Shown: positions 37,951-51,700 of the stretch, one piece after another
Layout: every line of letters starts with the position of its first letter
Position numbering within the stretch: position 1 is the first letter of the stretch
NCBI RefSeq assembly: GCF_001194135.2
Contig: NC_068981.1
Coordinates: forward strand, 140,743,938 to 140,807,937
Length of the DNA stretch: 64,000 nucleotides
From: Octopus bimaculoides
Lineage: Eukaryota
Direction of reading: 5' to 3'
Position numbers and translations under genes: made by a program
The notes under the pieces: model-generated
Database searches by the model: none
Seen by the model: the letters and a program-made list of their open reading frames with translations, nothing else
What the model was told of the DNA's origin: nothing

Positions 37951-39011
37951 AACCTCGCCTCTTCATTCGAACTTATATTAGATGATAACATTATAAGTCA
38001 TGATTAGAAGCATATGAAATTCAAAATAAAGCGAACATGAAAATGAAAATTTTAAAAAGAAATATGAAATAAATGACCATCATCTAACTTGCGAAATATT
38101 GGCATTGTTTCCTTTAGAATACAATGAAATACCATTCACTGCGTTCCAAGTGGCGTACTGTAATAGATCAATAGTTGTGTTTAGGAACACTGGTTCTGTA
38201 AATCAATTGTTTATACTCGTAGGTTATAGCAAAATGCGCAGTTACAAGATTGGAATGAGATGATGCATACAACAAAACAAAACAGCTATTGCAATCCACC
38301 CCATATATAGATATATATGCATATATACATACATACATACACACATACTAGTAAAAATACATACATATATACATATATACATTCATACTTATATGTTAGT
38401 AAACAAACGAAACAATTGCGAATATATTAGCGACTACAATGTTAGTAAAGGAACAATCGTAATATAAATTAAATAAATAAATAAATGCAACAACATATTG
38501 AGAAGACATCACTCTTCCCACAACACAAACACAAGTACATGTNNNNNNNNNNNNNNNNNNNNNNNNNNNNNNNNNNNNNNNNNNNNNNNNNNNNNNNNNN
38601 NNNNNNNNNNNNNNNNNNNNNNNNNNNNNNNNNNNNNNNNNNNNNNNNNNNNNNNNNNNNNNNNNNNNNNNNNNNNNNNNNNNNNNNNNNNNNNNNNNNN
38701 NNNNNNNNNNNNNNNNNNNNNNNNNNNNNNNNNNNNNNNNNNNNNNNNNNNNNNNNNNNNNNNNNNNNNNNNTACATATGGGTGAGTGCGCATGTTTGCG
38801 TATATATTTACGTGGTTATCTCATATATGTGTATGTGTGCGTTCGTATACAAGTAAGTATCTGTGTTTGTGGGTAATGTTGCATGTGGGTAATGTTGCAT
38901 GGGAGTATGAATATGGTGGTGAGTATATTCTGGAGAATTTTGTTTCGCCAATTATCATCTCCTGTATTGAATCACACAGCATTTCGCGCTCTTTAAGTAA
39001 CTGATACTCAG

Positions 39012-39122
39012 AGGGATCCAAGGCGTGTGAATGGAATCGGAAGCTCGCCGGATACTGGATAGACTGTCATGCATTTCAAAGGGATACTCATGTACTTATT
39101 GTGGAAAATCTCATATATACGT
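39012..39122 (+). CDS. Candidate exon, plus-strand gene: (E)GSKACEWNRKLAGYWIDCHAFQRDTHVLIVENLIYT
   Basis: 111 nt, phase 1 to 1, acceptor taactgatactcag, strong donor CGT|gtaagt, GC-richer than the flanks. Confidence 0.55.
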
Positions 39123-39344
39123 GTAAGTAATGGTTACAAACAAAATCAAAAATGTTTTAGATCCACTATAAGCATTTAAAATTTTACACATATCTTTATT
39201 TATGTTGAAAATTTGAACAAAATATCACAGCCCTGTTTATATATCGAATATGATGGACTCTCCAGTCGAAGACGACGGATGAGAGTTCAGCTTTCTCGCC
39301 AAGCGACCTGCACAAACGCTTTGCTTATAGTGATCAAATGTAAA

Positions 39345-39543
39345 TACTCTACATTATCTCACTCTCCCCATCAAATCGACTTTTCTGAAGAGATGAACGA
39401 TGCGCCACTCTTCAGGTGTCTAAGTGATCGCAGAGCAACGTGAGATGAAGACTTTTGCTCAAGAACACAATGTACCGCCAGGTCTCGGAAGTGAAACTGC
39501 GATTTGGCGATCGCGAGTGCAACACCCTACACACCAGGCCATG
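39345..39543 (-). mobile_element. SINE family B (tRNA head plus CORE-like segment)
   Basis: Minus strand catggcctggtgtgtagggtgttgcactcgcgatcg...ttgtgttcttgagcaaaagtcttcatctcacgttgctc matches 58669-58800. Confidence 0.8.
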
Positions 39544-40114
39544 GTTTCTCACTATATCTACTATATAGATTACATATATAATAAAATACCTTGATACTGT
39601 GTAAACTGAGCTCTTCGTTGACAAGACCCTGATATTAGCTAGTGTTAACATTTACGCTATGAAGAATAGTAGTTCCACTTCTCTGAATCTACTGGAACCG
39701 TTGAATATATAAACGGATTGTCTGCTTCTATCACTGGGATTGATCGAATTGATGTAAACACCTTTGGTGAGAACCGAATAAGTTTCAAATATCGATAATA
39801 GATGTTCCTCATTTATTCAATCTACGGAGAAATAGCTAAAATAGCCTAATTTGTAAATCTACTATATAGGTTGAACTTTATAGACAAACATGAATGACGG
39901 CATGGAGAATTACTTTCTATACCACTAGAGAGAGTATACTTAAAATTTCTGAAAAGCAAAAAAAAAAAAAAAAAAAAAAAAGCGAAACGCTTAATACAGC
40001 GTAACTACTTTGACAAATGTTCAACGAACACTTAATACAACGTAACTATTTTTATAAAAGCTAACGCAGAAAACACTTGACATGGGACTCCCTCTGTAAC
40101 AGCCGCTAAATATT

Positions 40115-40335
40115 ATTTTCTACTCTGGGCTCAAGGCTCAAATATTGGGGGGAGTGGACCAGTCGATTAGCTCGACCCAAGTACGCAACTGGTATATAAA
40201 TTATCGATCCCGAAAGGATGAAAGACAAAGTCAACCTCGGGTTTAATTTGAACTCAGAACGTAAAATCAGACAAAATACTGCTAAGCATTTCGCCCGGGG
40301 TGCAAATATTTCTGCCAGCTCACCGCCTTACCACC
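40115..40335 (-). mobile_element. SINE family A, full-length copy
   Basis: Minus strand head ggcggtgagctggcagaa (A box) ... gttcaaatt (B box), followed by ctttcatcctttcgggatcgataa. Confidence 0.9.
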
Positions 40336-40484
40336 GCTAAATATTAATGAAAAAATATACATCTATACGTTTTGAACTCTCTTTTTTTTTCTTTGCATCA
40401 CGAAATGTATCTATCACCAAATCAAATCTATCTATCTATGTATCTATCTATCGATCTATCTATCTATCTGTCTATATATAATGC

Positions 40485-40562
<78 letters not shown>

Positions 40563-40629
40563 GAGAATGTACGAAAAAAAAACAACAGCAGACGAGGACA
40601 GGTGGTGTAAACAACAAAAGGATGTATTA

Positions 40630-40740
40630 GTATGACGCTCGGGAATACGGAAAGTCTTTAGCGTTTCGAGCTACGCTCTTCAACAGAAAGAATACGGAGA
40701 CAAGGAGAAAAACACGGAGAAAAAAAATTGAATAGTGTCC
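40630..40740 (-). mobile_element. Penelope-like terminal repeat fragment with hammerhead-like core
   Basis: Minus strand ctgttga-a-gagc-gta-gctc-gaaac-gct. Confidence 0.55.
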
Positions 40741-40849
40741 AGTCAGCGGTCAATCATATATATATGTGTGTGTGTGTATATGCGTGTATGTATGTGTATG
40801 CGTGTGTATGTGCGAGTGTGTGCTTGGGTGCATGTAAGGGTGCATAGAG

Positions 40850-40930
40850 CAGTGGCTACTGTATAGCACCGACGATCGCGAAATCGTGGTTCCAATTACT
40901 AGACCAGATGGTGCGTTGTGTTCTGACTTG
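40850..40930 (+). mobile_element. SINE family B 5' fragment
   Basis: gtggc...gcaccgacgatcgcgaaatcgtggttccaattactagaccagatggtgcgttgtgttct. Confidence 0.65.
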
Positions 40931-41279
40931 TTATACACCGTTCAACAGTTTTGACACAACGTAATTTTAATGGGAGTATAGTATGAAAAAATGATCACTT
41001 GTGCAAGTCCTTCAGCTATAAGTTGCGGAACAGTCTTTCTCGGTATATGAACGACTACGATATGTATATGTATGTGCGTGTGTGTGTGCGTTGCGTGTGT
41101 TGTGTATGTGTTGTGTGTTGTGTGTGTGTATGTGTGTGTGTGTGTGCGAGTTTTATGACAAAAGTACAAATAGGTGCTTCAGTGTGAAAGCAGTTATCAA
41201 TGCATTTCCGTCACTGCAGACCCCACATCGTAAAATGTCAACCACTCCTGAAAATGCGAAAATACATAAGTACAATATT

Positions 41280-41488
41280 TCCAGGCCCGAATGTTTTTTT
41301 TTTTTTTTTAGTTGGAAGCAGTCGATTACCTCGACTGCAGTACGTAACTGCTACTTAATTTATCGACCCCGAAAGGATGAAAGGTAAAGTCGACCTCGGC
41401 GGAATTTGAACTCAGAACGTAAAGACAAACGAAATACCTCCAAACATTTCACCCGGCGTGCTAACGTTTCTGCCAGCTCGTCGCCTTA
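41280..41488 (-). mobile_element. SINE family A, well-preserved copy
   Basis: Minus strand aaggcgacgagctggcagaaacgttagcacgccggg...gttctgagttcaaattccgccgaggtcgactttacctttcatcctttcggggtcgataaa. Confidence 0.92.
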
Positions 41489-42524
41489 CAAATACAATAT
41501 TTCCACCGCATTCTTGCTTTTATTTAATGTATAAATCCCGAATTTTTTTATCGTGTCCTATTGACTCGCCATTTCTAGAATTATTCCAAGCACATACACA
41601 ATACATGACTCGTCACAGGTTCCTGTCAAAGTACGATTAATTTCATTGCTTATTAGCGTTCTTAATCTTTAGTGTCGAAAAAACTCGAACGGATATTATG
41701 GCCAAAATAATATACGCTTACACATGCTCACACACGTGCGCAATCGAACATGAACACATAAACATGCAAGAATATGCATAAACATGCATAAGCATGCATA
41801 AACATGCACATACTTTAATATTTGTAATATATATTTATATTTATGTACTCGTATTAACTTTTTAAATATATACGTATACATACACACACACACACGCATA
41901 TATATAATTAGAAACAACATACGTTTCTATATACATACATATTTATTATATAAACATGTGTATTTATATGTACATACCTATCGACATCAATACACACACG
42001 CGTACACACACACTTATATACGCACAGACGCACACACACACTGAAACGCAGACTGTAATAGGTGTATTAATTCATATCAGAATACAAGTAAACGGAGTAC
42101 TTTTCTGCTTTATAGGAATATATATTGACACTTATATTCACTTACGTTCTGTCGAATGTCACACAATACAGGAATTGATAGCCTTTGGGAATACTTGTCA
42201 AACACTTGCCTTAACTTAACCTGCTGCGTTTAAAATGATTTATGTTTCCTCTCAAATAAATCATTCTCAACTATGATGTTTAAAATTTGCAAACAAGGAG
42301 GGAAAATCGAATGAAGCATATAAATGTCGACCGTTTTGTGATAAGATGCCATCAAAATTGTTGACCTGCTAAATTTGTCTTAAAGGAACTAGAGAACTTA
42401 TGCTTCAAATTTAATGATGCTGCAGCTACAATGCTTCTTCATCTACAGTAGGATGCAGTTATTCTTTAAGCGCATAATATAGTTTGGGAGTGTTTAGTAT
42501 TTATCAGTCCTACCTACAAAGAGA

Positions 42525-42640
42525 AAGGGAGAGAGAGACAGAGAGAGAGAGAAAGAGACAGAGAGAGAGAGGGGGGAAAAGAGAGTTAGAGAGAGAGATA
42601 GAGAGATAGAGAGAGAGAGAGGGGGGGAGAGAGAGAGAGG
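42525..42640. repeat. (GA)n-rich purine tract
   Basis: Directly visible. Confidence 0.9.
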
Positions 42641-43134
42641 GGTATTACATTTTTGGTTTCTTGTTACACTTTTCTTTCTTTCTCTCTCCCTTCTTTCTCT
42701 ACCTCTTTCTATGCATTTATCTATCTCTCTATCTATGTCCCTTTTACTAAATATGGATTACTGTGACAAGAGTTTATATTTAATATTATGCCACATATTA
42801 TTTCTCTTTGATATTTAACAGAATTACAAATGATGTCAATAAATGAGCCATTTGTATAAATGAAAATAATAGTTGTTGCCGCTACTCGAGACCGCGAAGT
42901 CAATTTTCAGAGTAATTTGACATTTATTTCAGAATATCAAGCTTACTGCATTCTATATAGAGATGTTATATATGTCTAAAATGCAATGACAACATTTATC
43001 CAACTTCATACAAACAAGGATCATGGAAGCTCAGCTAACCGCCTCGCACATGCGTGTACCATATATTTATAAATTCTACATGCCTAGTGTGTCAGGAGCA
43101 GACTAAAGAAATCGCAGTATTTCACACTTGACAG

Positions 43135-43164
43135 CGGAGTTTTTAAGATGTGAGGGAGATACAG
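43135..43164 (+). CDS. Candidate 30-nt symmetric micro-exon of the plus-strand gene: (S)EFLRCEGDT
   Basis: Acceptor gtatttcacacttgacag, donor CAG|gtacgc, phase 1 to 1; fits between 39122 and 44081. Confidence 0.45.
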
Positions 43165-44080
43165 GTACGCGTTACGGGCAAATGACCTTGCGTAACGTGA
43201 AATGATTTGCCCAGTTCTGAAATACAATGCTCTTCCTTTATCTATATTCGAACCTTTCGCGTTATACCATCACCATTCTCTTAGAAATTGCTGCGTTTTT
43301 TTAAAATTATATATATATNNNNNNNNNNNNNNNNNNNNNNNNNNNNNNNNNNNNNNNNNNNNNNNNNNNNNNNNNNNNNNNNNNNNNNNNNNNNNNNNNN
43401 NNNNNNNNNNNNNNNNNNNNNNNNNNNNNNNNNNNNNNNNNNNNNNTATATATATATATATATATACATATATATATACATATATATATAAAAAACAAGC
43501 TGTTTGCAACACTTTGCTGCACACAGAAATCCTGACAGCAAGTAAACGTGTATCATTATTTATAGCACATAGATATGTTACCAATGTAGCTTGATGTCTT
43601 ACACAAACACCATACTTCAAATAGTGTTATGTAAATGTATTTAGAGTTATAAAAGTTCTATACTTCCTTGTATATTAATTATACGTACTGACTCTCGAAG
43701 TGCATTAAGTAGTGTCGCCAATATGAAGGATAATGTGAGATAAAACAGTTGAATGTCGATACATACGATTGTTATGAGGAGTAGAAAGCCTTGTATTTTA
43801 TATGTTTGTCCGTCAAAAGAAGAAAAGAAATAACAACAAGAAAACGAAACAGTTTATTTCATTTCACTGTTAATCGAGCTATTCCTTCATTATTCGTTGT
43901 TCCCATCTTTTTATGATGATATTTGATGGCAAGTTTCCAGGTTATATTTACTGGGTCGAACCCTACATAAGTGTTCCACGCTAGCTGAAAGCCGAAAATG
44001 CTGAAATGTCAATGAATGATGCAAGAATTGCATTAAATAAGAGAAAGGCTACACATTTAGTACAATGCTTTAACTGACAG

Positions 44081-44240
44081 ATGTTCCAGCGGATCACATC
44101 ATAAATGCATTTTTGACAAACACAAGCCAACTCGAAAGAGTCTATGCAGTCGCTCAAACAGCTAAAAATACTGAGCTTTGGCTAGGGAAATACGAAGGCT
44201 GTTGGGGCTGTTTCTATAAAAGTAATACCATTCGTTATAG
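44081..44240 (+). CDS. Candidate exon, plus-strand gene: (D)VPADHIINAFLTNTSQLERVYAVAQTAKNTELWLGKYEGCWGCFYKSNTIRY(R)
   Basis: Acceptor ctttaactgacag with branch-like ctgac; frame open 44074-44283; donor TAG|gtatcc (phase 2). Alternatives: AAA|gtaata at 44221, or a terminal stop at 44281. Confidence 0.55.
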
Positions 44241-44489
44241 GTATCCTATGTACTTCCACCAACATACTTGGCAGTTCCCTTAAGGATATTGGTGTAACTA
44301 CGAGATACTCAGGTATCTGCTCAAGTGGGAACATCAAGTAAGTGGTTGTGACTTGGTATCAAGTATAGTTATTCCGAATGTAAATCATTCGTGCAAAGCA
44401 TGAATAATAATGATAATAATAATGCTAGCCTCCATATTTGCGCAATGGCCAGTGTTTCTTCCTGTGGCTATCAATATGAGTGCAACATA

Positions 44490-44672
44490 AGGCAGCTAGC
44501 TGGCAGAAACGTTAGCACGCCGGCCGAAATGTTTAGCAGTATTTCGTTTGCCTTTACGTTCTGAGTTCAAGTTCCAATAAGGTGTCGATAAATTGTTTAC
44601 CAGTTTCGTGCTGGGGTCGATCTCAACGACTGGCCCCCATTCCCCAAAATTTCGAGCCTTGTGCCTAGAGTA
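44490..44672 (+). mobile_element. SINE family A copy
   Basis: ggcagctagctggcagaaacgttagcacgccggccgaaatg...gttctgagttcaagttcc...cttgtgcc. Confidence 0.9.
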
Positions 44673-45707
44673 GAAAAGAACATTTTCAGATGATTTATCG
44701 CAGAGGACAGTCATACGAGTGCGTTCTGATGCACATTTTTAATTAATGGACAGCTGCTTTGGCGTGCAGTTAGCATGATAATGGGAATATATAAGATACT
44801 GATTGTTTCCAGTTACTTTTCAAAGAATTATATTTTCATTCCTTTACATTTGACGGTCACATCCTATGTAGATTTTTATAGATTTTCTCATTTTACAAAT
44901 GAGAAAAATTCATTTATACTGTGTATAATGAGTCCAGCATGATATTCTATCATCTACTAGCACACATTCTTCACCATATTATATTGCTTCAATAATTCGT
45001 AAAATGGAATTAGAATGAGACTAAACATTGGAAATTGTTTATATATTCCAACAGCGATTTTACACGCGACACCTTATATTTAGATAAAGAACAGCTATAA
45101 TGAACTATTATTAAGATATCAATGGGAAGCTGCCATTAAGACAAATTTAAATTTTCGATAATTTCTCCTCATTGAGGAAAACATTATGAGACAATTGAGT
45201 GTAAAATCGATTCTCCTAATTGCAGACCTTTCATGATCCTACTCATTAGAAATTTTGGCACAGTTCAAGGCCAATTAAGAGATATATATTTCTTTGTAAT
45301 CATGAGAAGTATAATTTTCATTTCGATATTCTACAATGATAAACATTTCATTGCAAAGGAAGTAATAAGTATGATTATGTTTGTTAACGAGCTGCATACG
45401 CTGAGGGGACGCTTCGTGACCACCGAAAGAATTAAGATACAACGTGCTAAATTTTAAACTTTACAAAACATTTTTTTTTTGTATATGGCATATTATACAA
45501 TTTAAATCGAAAAATAGTAGCCATTTTCAACTTTGATATTTAGTGTAACAGACCATATAGAATCTTGCTTATTTTATATTTAGTCGAAGAGATTTGAATT
45601 ACTATATACACATCTACAATTGAACATAAGACTGTATATCAAGAAACGAAGTGCAAATCCCCCCCTGTCTCTAGCTCCCCCTTAATAACGAATATACATA
45701 CACACAC

Positions 45708-45745
<38 letters not shown>

Positions 45746-46269
45746 TAACATTTGCCAGAAGTAACAGTGACTGAAGGTCCAAGAGTTTCGTGCTTTGGCG
45801 TGCCCATATATGTGTGTGTCAGTGCGTGTGCGTGTGTGTGAGTGTGTATTATTATATGTATATATGCGCATGTTTGTGTATACCTACATAGATGTATACT
45901 TTCAACATCAAGGCAGAGAATATTATTACACGACTGTAAAACATAGAGTACAATATGTTGCTTTAATGGAGCTGTTATTTAGATTTTCATATAACTGAAG
46001 TGAATTTCTGGAATAATTCAGTAGTTTCAAAATGTGTATAAACGGTACAATGATAATTATTTGGTAAATCATCACATATGTATTTGAAGCTGATTGGAGA
46101 GTGAGCCTTGTATTTTCAATACTAATGGAAACAATTCAATAATACGAATTACTGTTGGTAAAATACAATATACAAGTCGTAAAATAAGGGGTATTAGTTA
46201 TATGTAACAAAGTAAAAATTTAAAATGCAAGTAAACCGAATTAACCTGTAACTCCATTCTTCTCTTTGG

Positions 46270-46470
46270 TTGTAAGATTCTACGACCCTTCTACATCCTT
46301 CTTTTCAGCACCTCCACCTTCCACCGTCCATTGTTCCCTAATCCAGCCCCTAACATCATTCAAGCGTGCCGTTAACCTATGTGATTTATTGATCCAGATC
46401 TCATTAACTTTCCGCCATTGCTCGATGAATGTTTTGATGCGCCCCTTAGGACATGCGTCCTTTCCATAGC
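46270..46470 (+). mobile_element. Possible LINE (CR1/L2-like) 3' fragment
   Basis: SFFSAPP...LTSFKRAVNLCDL resembles decayed RT C-terminal ends. Confidence 0.35.
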
Positions 46471-47764
46471 AATATCACCTCCCTCACAACTCACAAGCGT
46501 TGCATCCTGCACATCATTCATTATTTCACCCACATCTCTATTGGTGGCATCTGCTGCTTCAAATACTTCATACTGTTCTGTATAATTTAGTAAACTGATC
46601 GTCTTTTAACTGTTAAAGTGTTTGGCTTGTTTTTCCCAAAAAGATATACCCATTTAACGTTTCGCAGAGAGATGTGCCTATTCCCTCTCTTCACATATAC
46701 GCTCCCTTCGATTTCAAATTACCACTAATCTTCCTCCAAAATCTCCTGTACACACTCACAATCATTAACGTCGATTATCAAAGCAATATTCATACGAAAT
46801 TCATGACAATACGCTAAAATTACACAATACGAGGTATATGTCTGTAAGCACGTGCAGTTTCATACAAAGATCTATATTTGTAATACACATTAATACATGT
46901 GCAATCGCAGTTACACTCACAAGCCATCATACAGAAACGACCGCGGGGCTCAATAAATATTTAACTATCTCACATCACTCAATAGCTCTTATTGAAATTT
47001 AGTGTGCATCATTCTCCGAATATCAGAATGATCTGTTCATAACCATCATCTTTTATTCTATTCGACTTTTGGTCGTTATTGTTTTCTACTGATAAAACCA
47101 AAGTATGCCATGTTAGTGAGTTATTTTAGCTTAGTTAACTAAACGCTTGCCACTGAACAAATAGCTTCCCTATCATTGCAGGCATTTATTTGCCTGTCAT
47201 CACTACATACGACTTGCTTCGAATGTCCCCGGGTACCACAATTTTGATAGTCCACTCCGACACTTGAAGATATTAAGCGTTGTCCGTCATTGGTTTTCCG
47301 CGATCATTATCGATAATGTTTTGAACCTATTGAATGAATTTATAATACTCGAAAGTTTAGAATACGCTTTTGGAAAGCACCTTTGCAAATGAACTATTTA
47401 TTTAGAAAAGCTTTGGGTAAGTTGTCAATTATTTACACGTCGCACACTAATTTTAGGTAGTGTCATTACGTTACAACATTGAAGACTTGGACTGTTCTAA
47501 ATCTACAAATAGTTGCAATAGATAGCCTCTAAGCCGAAAGAAGTTAGTAAGTACAAATGAAGTCACAGGACCGACACTTCAAAATAACAGTTTAGTAAAA
47601 TGCCGCTGAATGACGCGCAGATCAGCGTGGACTCGGATCATAAGAGTAATTGACTAGCCTCTTTTCCTTTTGCCATTTTTTCATTGGAAATGACCATCAG
47701 TGATCATAGTCACATTGCAAATCGTCCTTCTAATGCCGCCCACATCTGAAACCCCTGTAGCAAC

Positions 47765-47955
47765 GACAAGCAAATTGCTAAGCGGCATTTCGTCCATCTT
47801 TATGTTCTGATTCCAAATTCCACCGAGATCGACTTTGTCTTTGATCTTTTCGAGTCAATGAAATAATTACCATTTTTGGTAATTACCACTTGGGTTGATG
47901 TAATCGATTAGCTCCCAGCCAACTTGCTGGAACTGTGCCAAAAGTTTAATCCAAC
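47765..47955 (+). mobile_element. SINE family A, degenerate copy
   Basis: gctaagcggcatttcgtccatctttatgttctgattccaaattccaccgagatcgactttg...ctgtgccaaaa. Confidence 0.8.
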
Positions 47956-48609
47956 GTTAATATTATATTTTTCTAAGTGGAAATATTATGGATCATCGCC
48001 TCGTAATTTATTTGAATTTCAATATATTTGAAAGCAACTTGGCTAAGATATTATATTCTATTTTTCAGGAAATTCATTGTCTGAATTAATTTATGAATTC
48101 TTCATTGTCATTTCTTTCATCAACTACGTCACCGCATCCGGGCCCACCTGACTATGAATGCACGTAGTTTGTTACGAGTTGTTATAAATTCCCTGCGACA
48201 GTTACACATTGAAATATGGATTCGTTAACGTAATGCTTGTAGGCAACACTATCTATGTCCACCAATTTTCTTTGTACATTAGCAGTTGCTGTTATTGTCG
48301 TCTCTATATTTATTCCCGCGTGAGCCGTGGCAAACTTTCAAAATAAACAGCCAAATTCAGGGTAACTACTTCACCCAAACATTCGTCATCATGACGCTTA
48401 AATTCTTTACACACCTCGCTGGAAACAAATAGTAGCTACATGCATCTACAATTCTGTTCCATTGAAAGGGTACGTATCGTGACATTCAAAAAGATACAAC
48501 ACGTCAGATAAAAAACAGAAACTTGAAATTCAAGCAATACTGTACCCAGCCTGCGGTGGCTTTCAAATTGTTTCAGCTAACGTACAGACACAATATATTT
48601 CTCCTTTAG

Positions 48610-48705
48610 AACTATCACTACCTGTTGGCAATATCTGCACGTTGATTACTGTGCAATAAACTTGCTAAACCAGTATTTTCAAGCCAAAAATCCGTTCAAA
48701 TTTCA
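48610..48705 (+). CDS. Candidate exon, plus-strand gene: (R)TITTCWQYLHVDYCAINLLNQ(YFQAKNPFKF)
   Basis: Strong acceptor atatatttctcctttag; phase 2 matches the 44240 donor; donor uncertain (48673 or 48706). Confidence 0.45.
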
Positions 48706-51700
48706 GTAATGAATTCTCTTGAATTATCTAAATTGCCTGTGCCGAAAAAAAATTGTAGTCTTTATGGTATTCGAATCAGTGGGGACTCATTAGTATGACT
48801 GTACGTTATCCTAATTATATCCTAATTAAGTTACGAACAAGATGATTATAAAAGTTTTATGAACTCTTTGCAATAATAGAAACACAGATGGAATCTTTTT
48901 TTCTATTCTAAAATATTACACGCCTTTTCAATCAGCTTTATCGTGTTTTTAAAATGACATTGTTGATATCGCAAGTATTCTGAGGTATCCAGTTTTCTGG
49001 CAGTGTATGTATATAGTCAAATACACTGAACATTTTGCTTTTAAATCGTGTTCTTATGCACTGTATCGTAAATTGACGTGGGACAATTACCAACACAAAC
49101 TCTGTCATTAAAAGGAGTGTGTAGCCGAAGTAATTTTATATCTTGCTCTTGCACAACTGTTGAACTTTGTGATTTTTATTCTTTATGACATTCATGGCGG
49201 GAATAATACGCATTATGTCTGATCGTTAAGTTTTTTACAATTAGTACGGCTTTATATCTAAAAATACCTGTTACATAACAGACAATCAGTTATAATTTGA
49301 AGGGGATTTGGTTGCTATTCTATGCGGCCACATACAGTTTCTTTTGCAGATGCAATTTGTAGTGTTATATTCTGTTGTTTACCTCGTGTTCTTATTGTTT
49401 TTCTCTGATGTTTAGCAGGATGTTTCGTGTATGTGACGTGACCTTTGGTACACTAGCGTGGATCTTGGGAATGGGGTGACAGATCTTGATCACTTTTTTC
49501 TATGACCAGATTTCCAATACTTTTCAGCCTACTTGCTGAAAAACTAGGCGTTTTGAACGCAGCCCCAAAAGAAAATAGAATACAAATAGACTACTTGTAT
49601 ACAGCAGACTATTTGGGGGTTATGAAGAAACCATCAATCATACTTTTCTTGCTGCATAATCTTCGCTAGCAGGTAGATATATTCGCAGTGATAATAGAGC
49701 TCGTGGTTTTTATACGAGAATTAACTGGCGATTTAAAAAGCAAACTCAGAAGGGACCCTCAAAATATTCGCTGACACTAATGAAGATATCCACGGAATGT
49801 CAGATGCATTTTAAAAGGTGGGCTGAGCTAGGCTGTATATCATATATCATATATCAAGCTCACGCATGCTTGGACTGACGAAGTAACACCAAAATAAACT
49901 AACGGAAAAGAGATAACAAGAATATTTATTAACTATTGTCTCAGAAAGACAAACTAACACTTTTGGACATACTGATTTGCAAGGTAAATTGTTCCGATAT
50001 ATATATATATAAACGCCATTAGTAACAGACATGTCTTCTAATCAGCAGAATTACAAGATATATATCTTAAGCATTCCGAAAATGTAACAGATATAACATT
50101 GGAAAACAGATATAATCAAATAAGTGGATGCTGAAAAAATAATCCATCTCATAATAAAAGAACATTCAGGAATGATAGAAAAAATGTCCTTATAAATGCA
50201 TAATCATAATCCCAGGGCTTACACATATCAATGCCTTTACTCTGAAAGTATATGTGTGAATGTTGTTTGAAAGCAGTTGCATATCCTGAGAAAATGTTTC
50301 TGTGAAAGTAGTTTGCATATCCTGTTGACACAGTGTTTCATGCAAAGTTTTACGCAAATATTTGTGTACGCACGCGCACAACAAACTTCGCACTCTCTCT
50401 CACTCTCTTTCTCACACACACACAAGCACACACACAAGTACACAGAGGAATCATTGACTAAATCATATTTGCGCAAAACACATCAGACGTGATAAATACA
50501 TGCCAAATGCAAATCTGCAAAACAAGCACGTTTAAATATATTTATGCTCTACAAATAACGTTTTATGTCTAAACGTGTCTTGGGCATATTTTCTAAATGA
50601 TAATATCTAAATCTTTGGTTATATATATATGTGTGCGTACAAATAAGCTCATATATGTATGCATACATATGTGGGTGTGTTTGTGAGAGTGTTTGTGTGT
50701 GTGTGAGCATGTGTGTGGGGAGGCGTGTGTATGTATGTTTGTATGTGTGTTGTATGTGTTTGTGTGTATGAAAGAGTCCCTGGCCAGGTTTCATAAACTA
50801 TTATTTAAACATTTCTGTTTTATTTGCTGCATTACTTGCGGAACAAGTCTTTTTCTCTTATTTTTGTTACGTTACCGGTGAATGTATACATAGCGATTGA
50901 GTAAACCAATGTTTATAATATATCAAAAAGATGTATAATCAAACACACTCTTCTGCATAGCATGAAACAAAGGGTTTTACTAGAACTATGAACGTGGGCA
51001 TATTTTCTTATCTATTCTGGTGATGTACAGTTTAAGGAAATAAACTTTTCCTTCGGAGTCTTCGAACCGATCAATAAATCTCTCTAAGAAATGCACCTAT
51101 GTTCGAAGAATTTGTTGCAATATGATCGACCTTAAATGACCTTACTTACAAATTCAGGAAAATTAGATGAAATATTCCTAGCAATATTCCTAACCTTATG
51201 TATATAACATTCCAAAAATATATGTATATACAAATTTTAGGTGCGTTATAAATTGGGCATATATCACATGAAACACGATACTAAGGCGTACACAATGTAC
51301 CTCCAAAGAATGAGGAAAAGGGAGATAATTTTTGCGTTGTAACAGATTAAACGGGACTGCATCAGAGGTTCAGAGTAGCATAAATGGTACTCTGTTGTAT
51401 ATATCAATAGTTAGTCCACTTTATTTTTTGAGCACCTAAAATCAATTTTACTTTACAATTTGTATGAAAGGAAATTTAAGTGAAGTACTTGGCTTGATAA
51501 ATTTAGCTATATCAAACTTCTTCACTTTATGTGATATTGTGTAATTGTTAATCAACGTGATTGTCATGCTGATATATTTAAAATATCGACCTGTCGATAT
51601 TTATTCCCATAGTCTTTCAATCTTCGAAGGGAGTTATTTCACTTCCATTAAATTACTGTCTACATTTATACATGCACGAAAAATACATACAAATTTTAAA

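Noticed and set aside
38821-39050. Minus-strand ORF MDPSEYQLLKEREMLCDS...
   Set aside because: Overlaps antisense to the better-supported plus exon at 39012 and runs into repeats; no convincing donor.
44081-44240. Assignment of this exon to HGSNAT or NRF-6/OACYL
   Set aside because: Only short motifs (CxxC, WLG.Y..C) match; no other exon of either family is recognisable in the window.
44231-44318. Minus-strand exon IPEYLVVTPISLRELP...
   Set aside because: Abuts or overlaps the plus-strand exon; composition is unconvincing; support is phase matching only.
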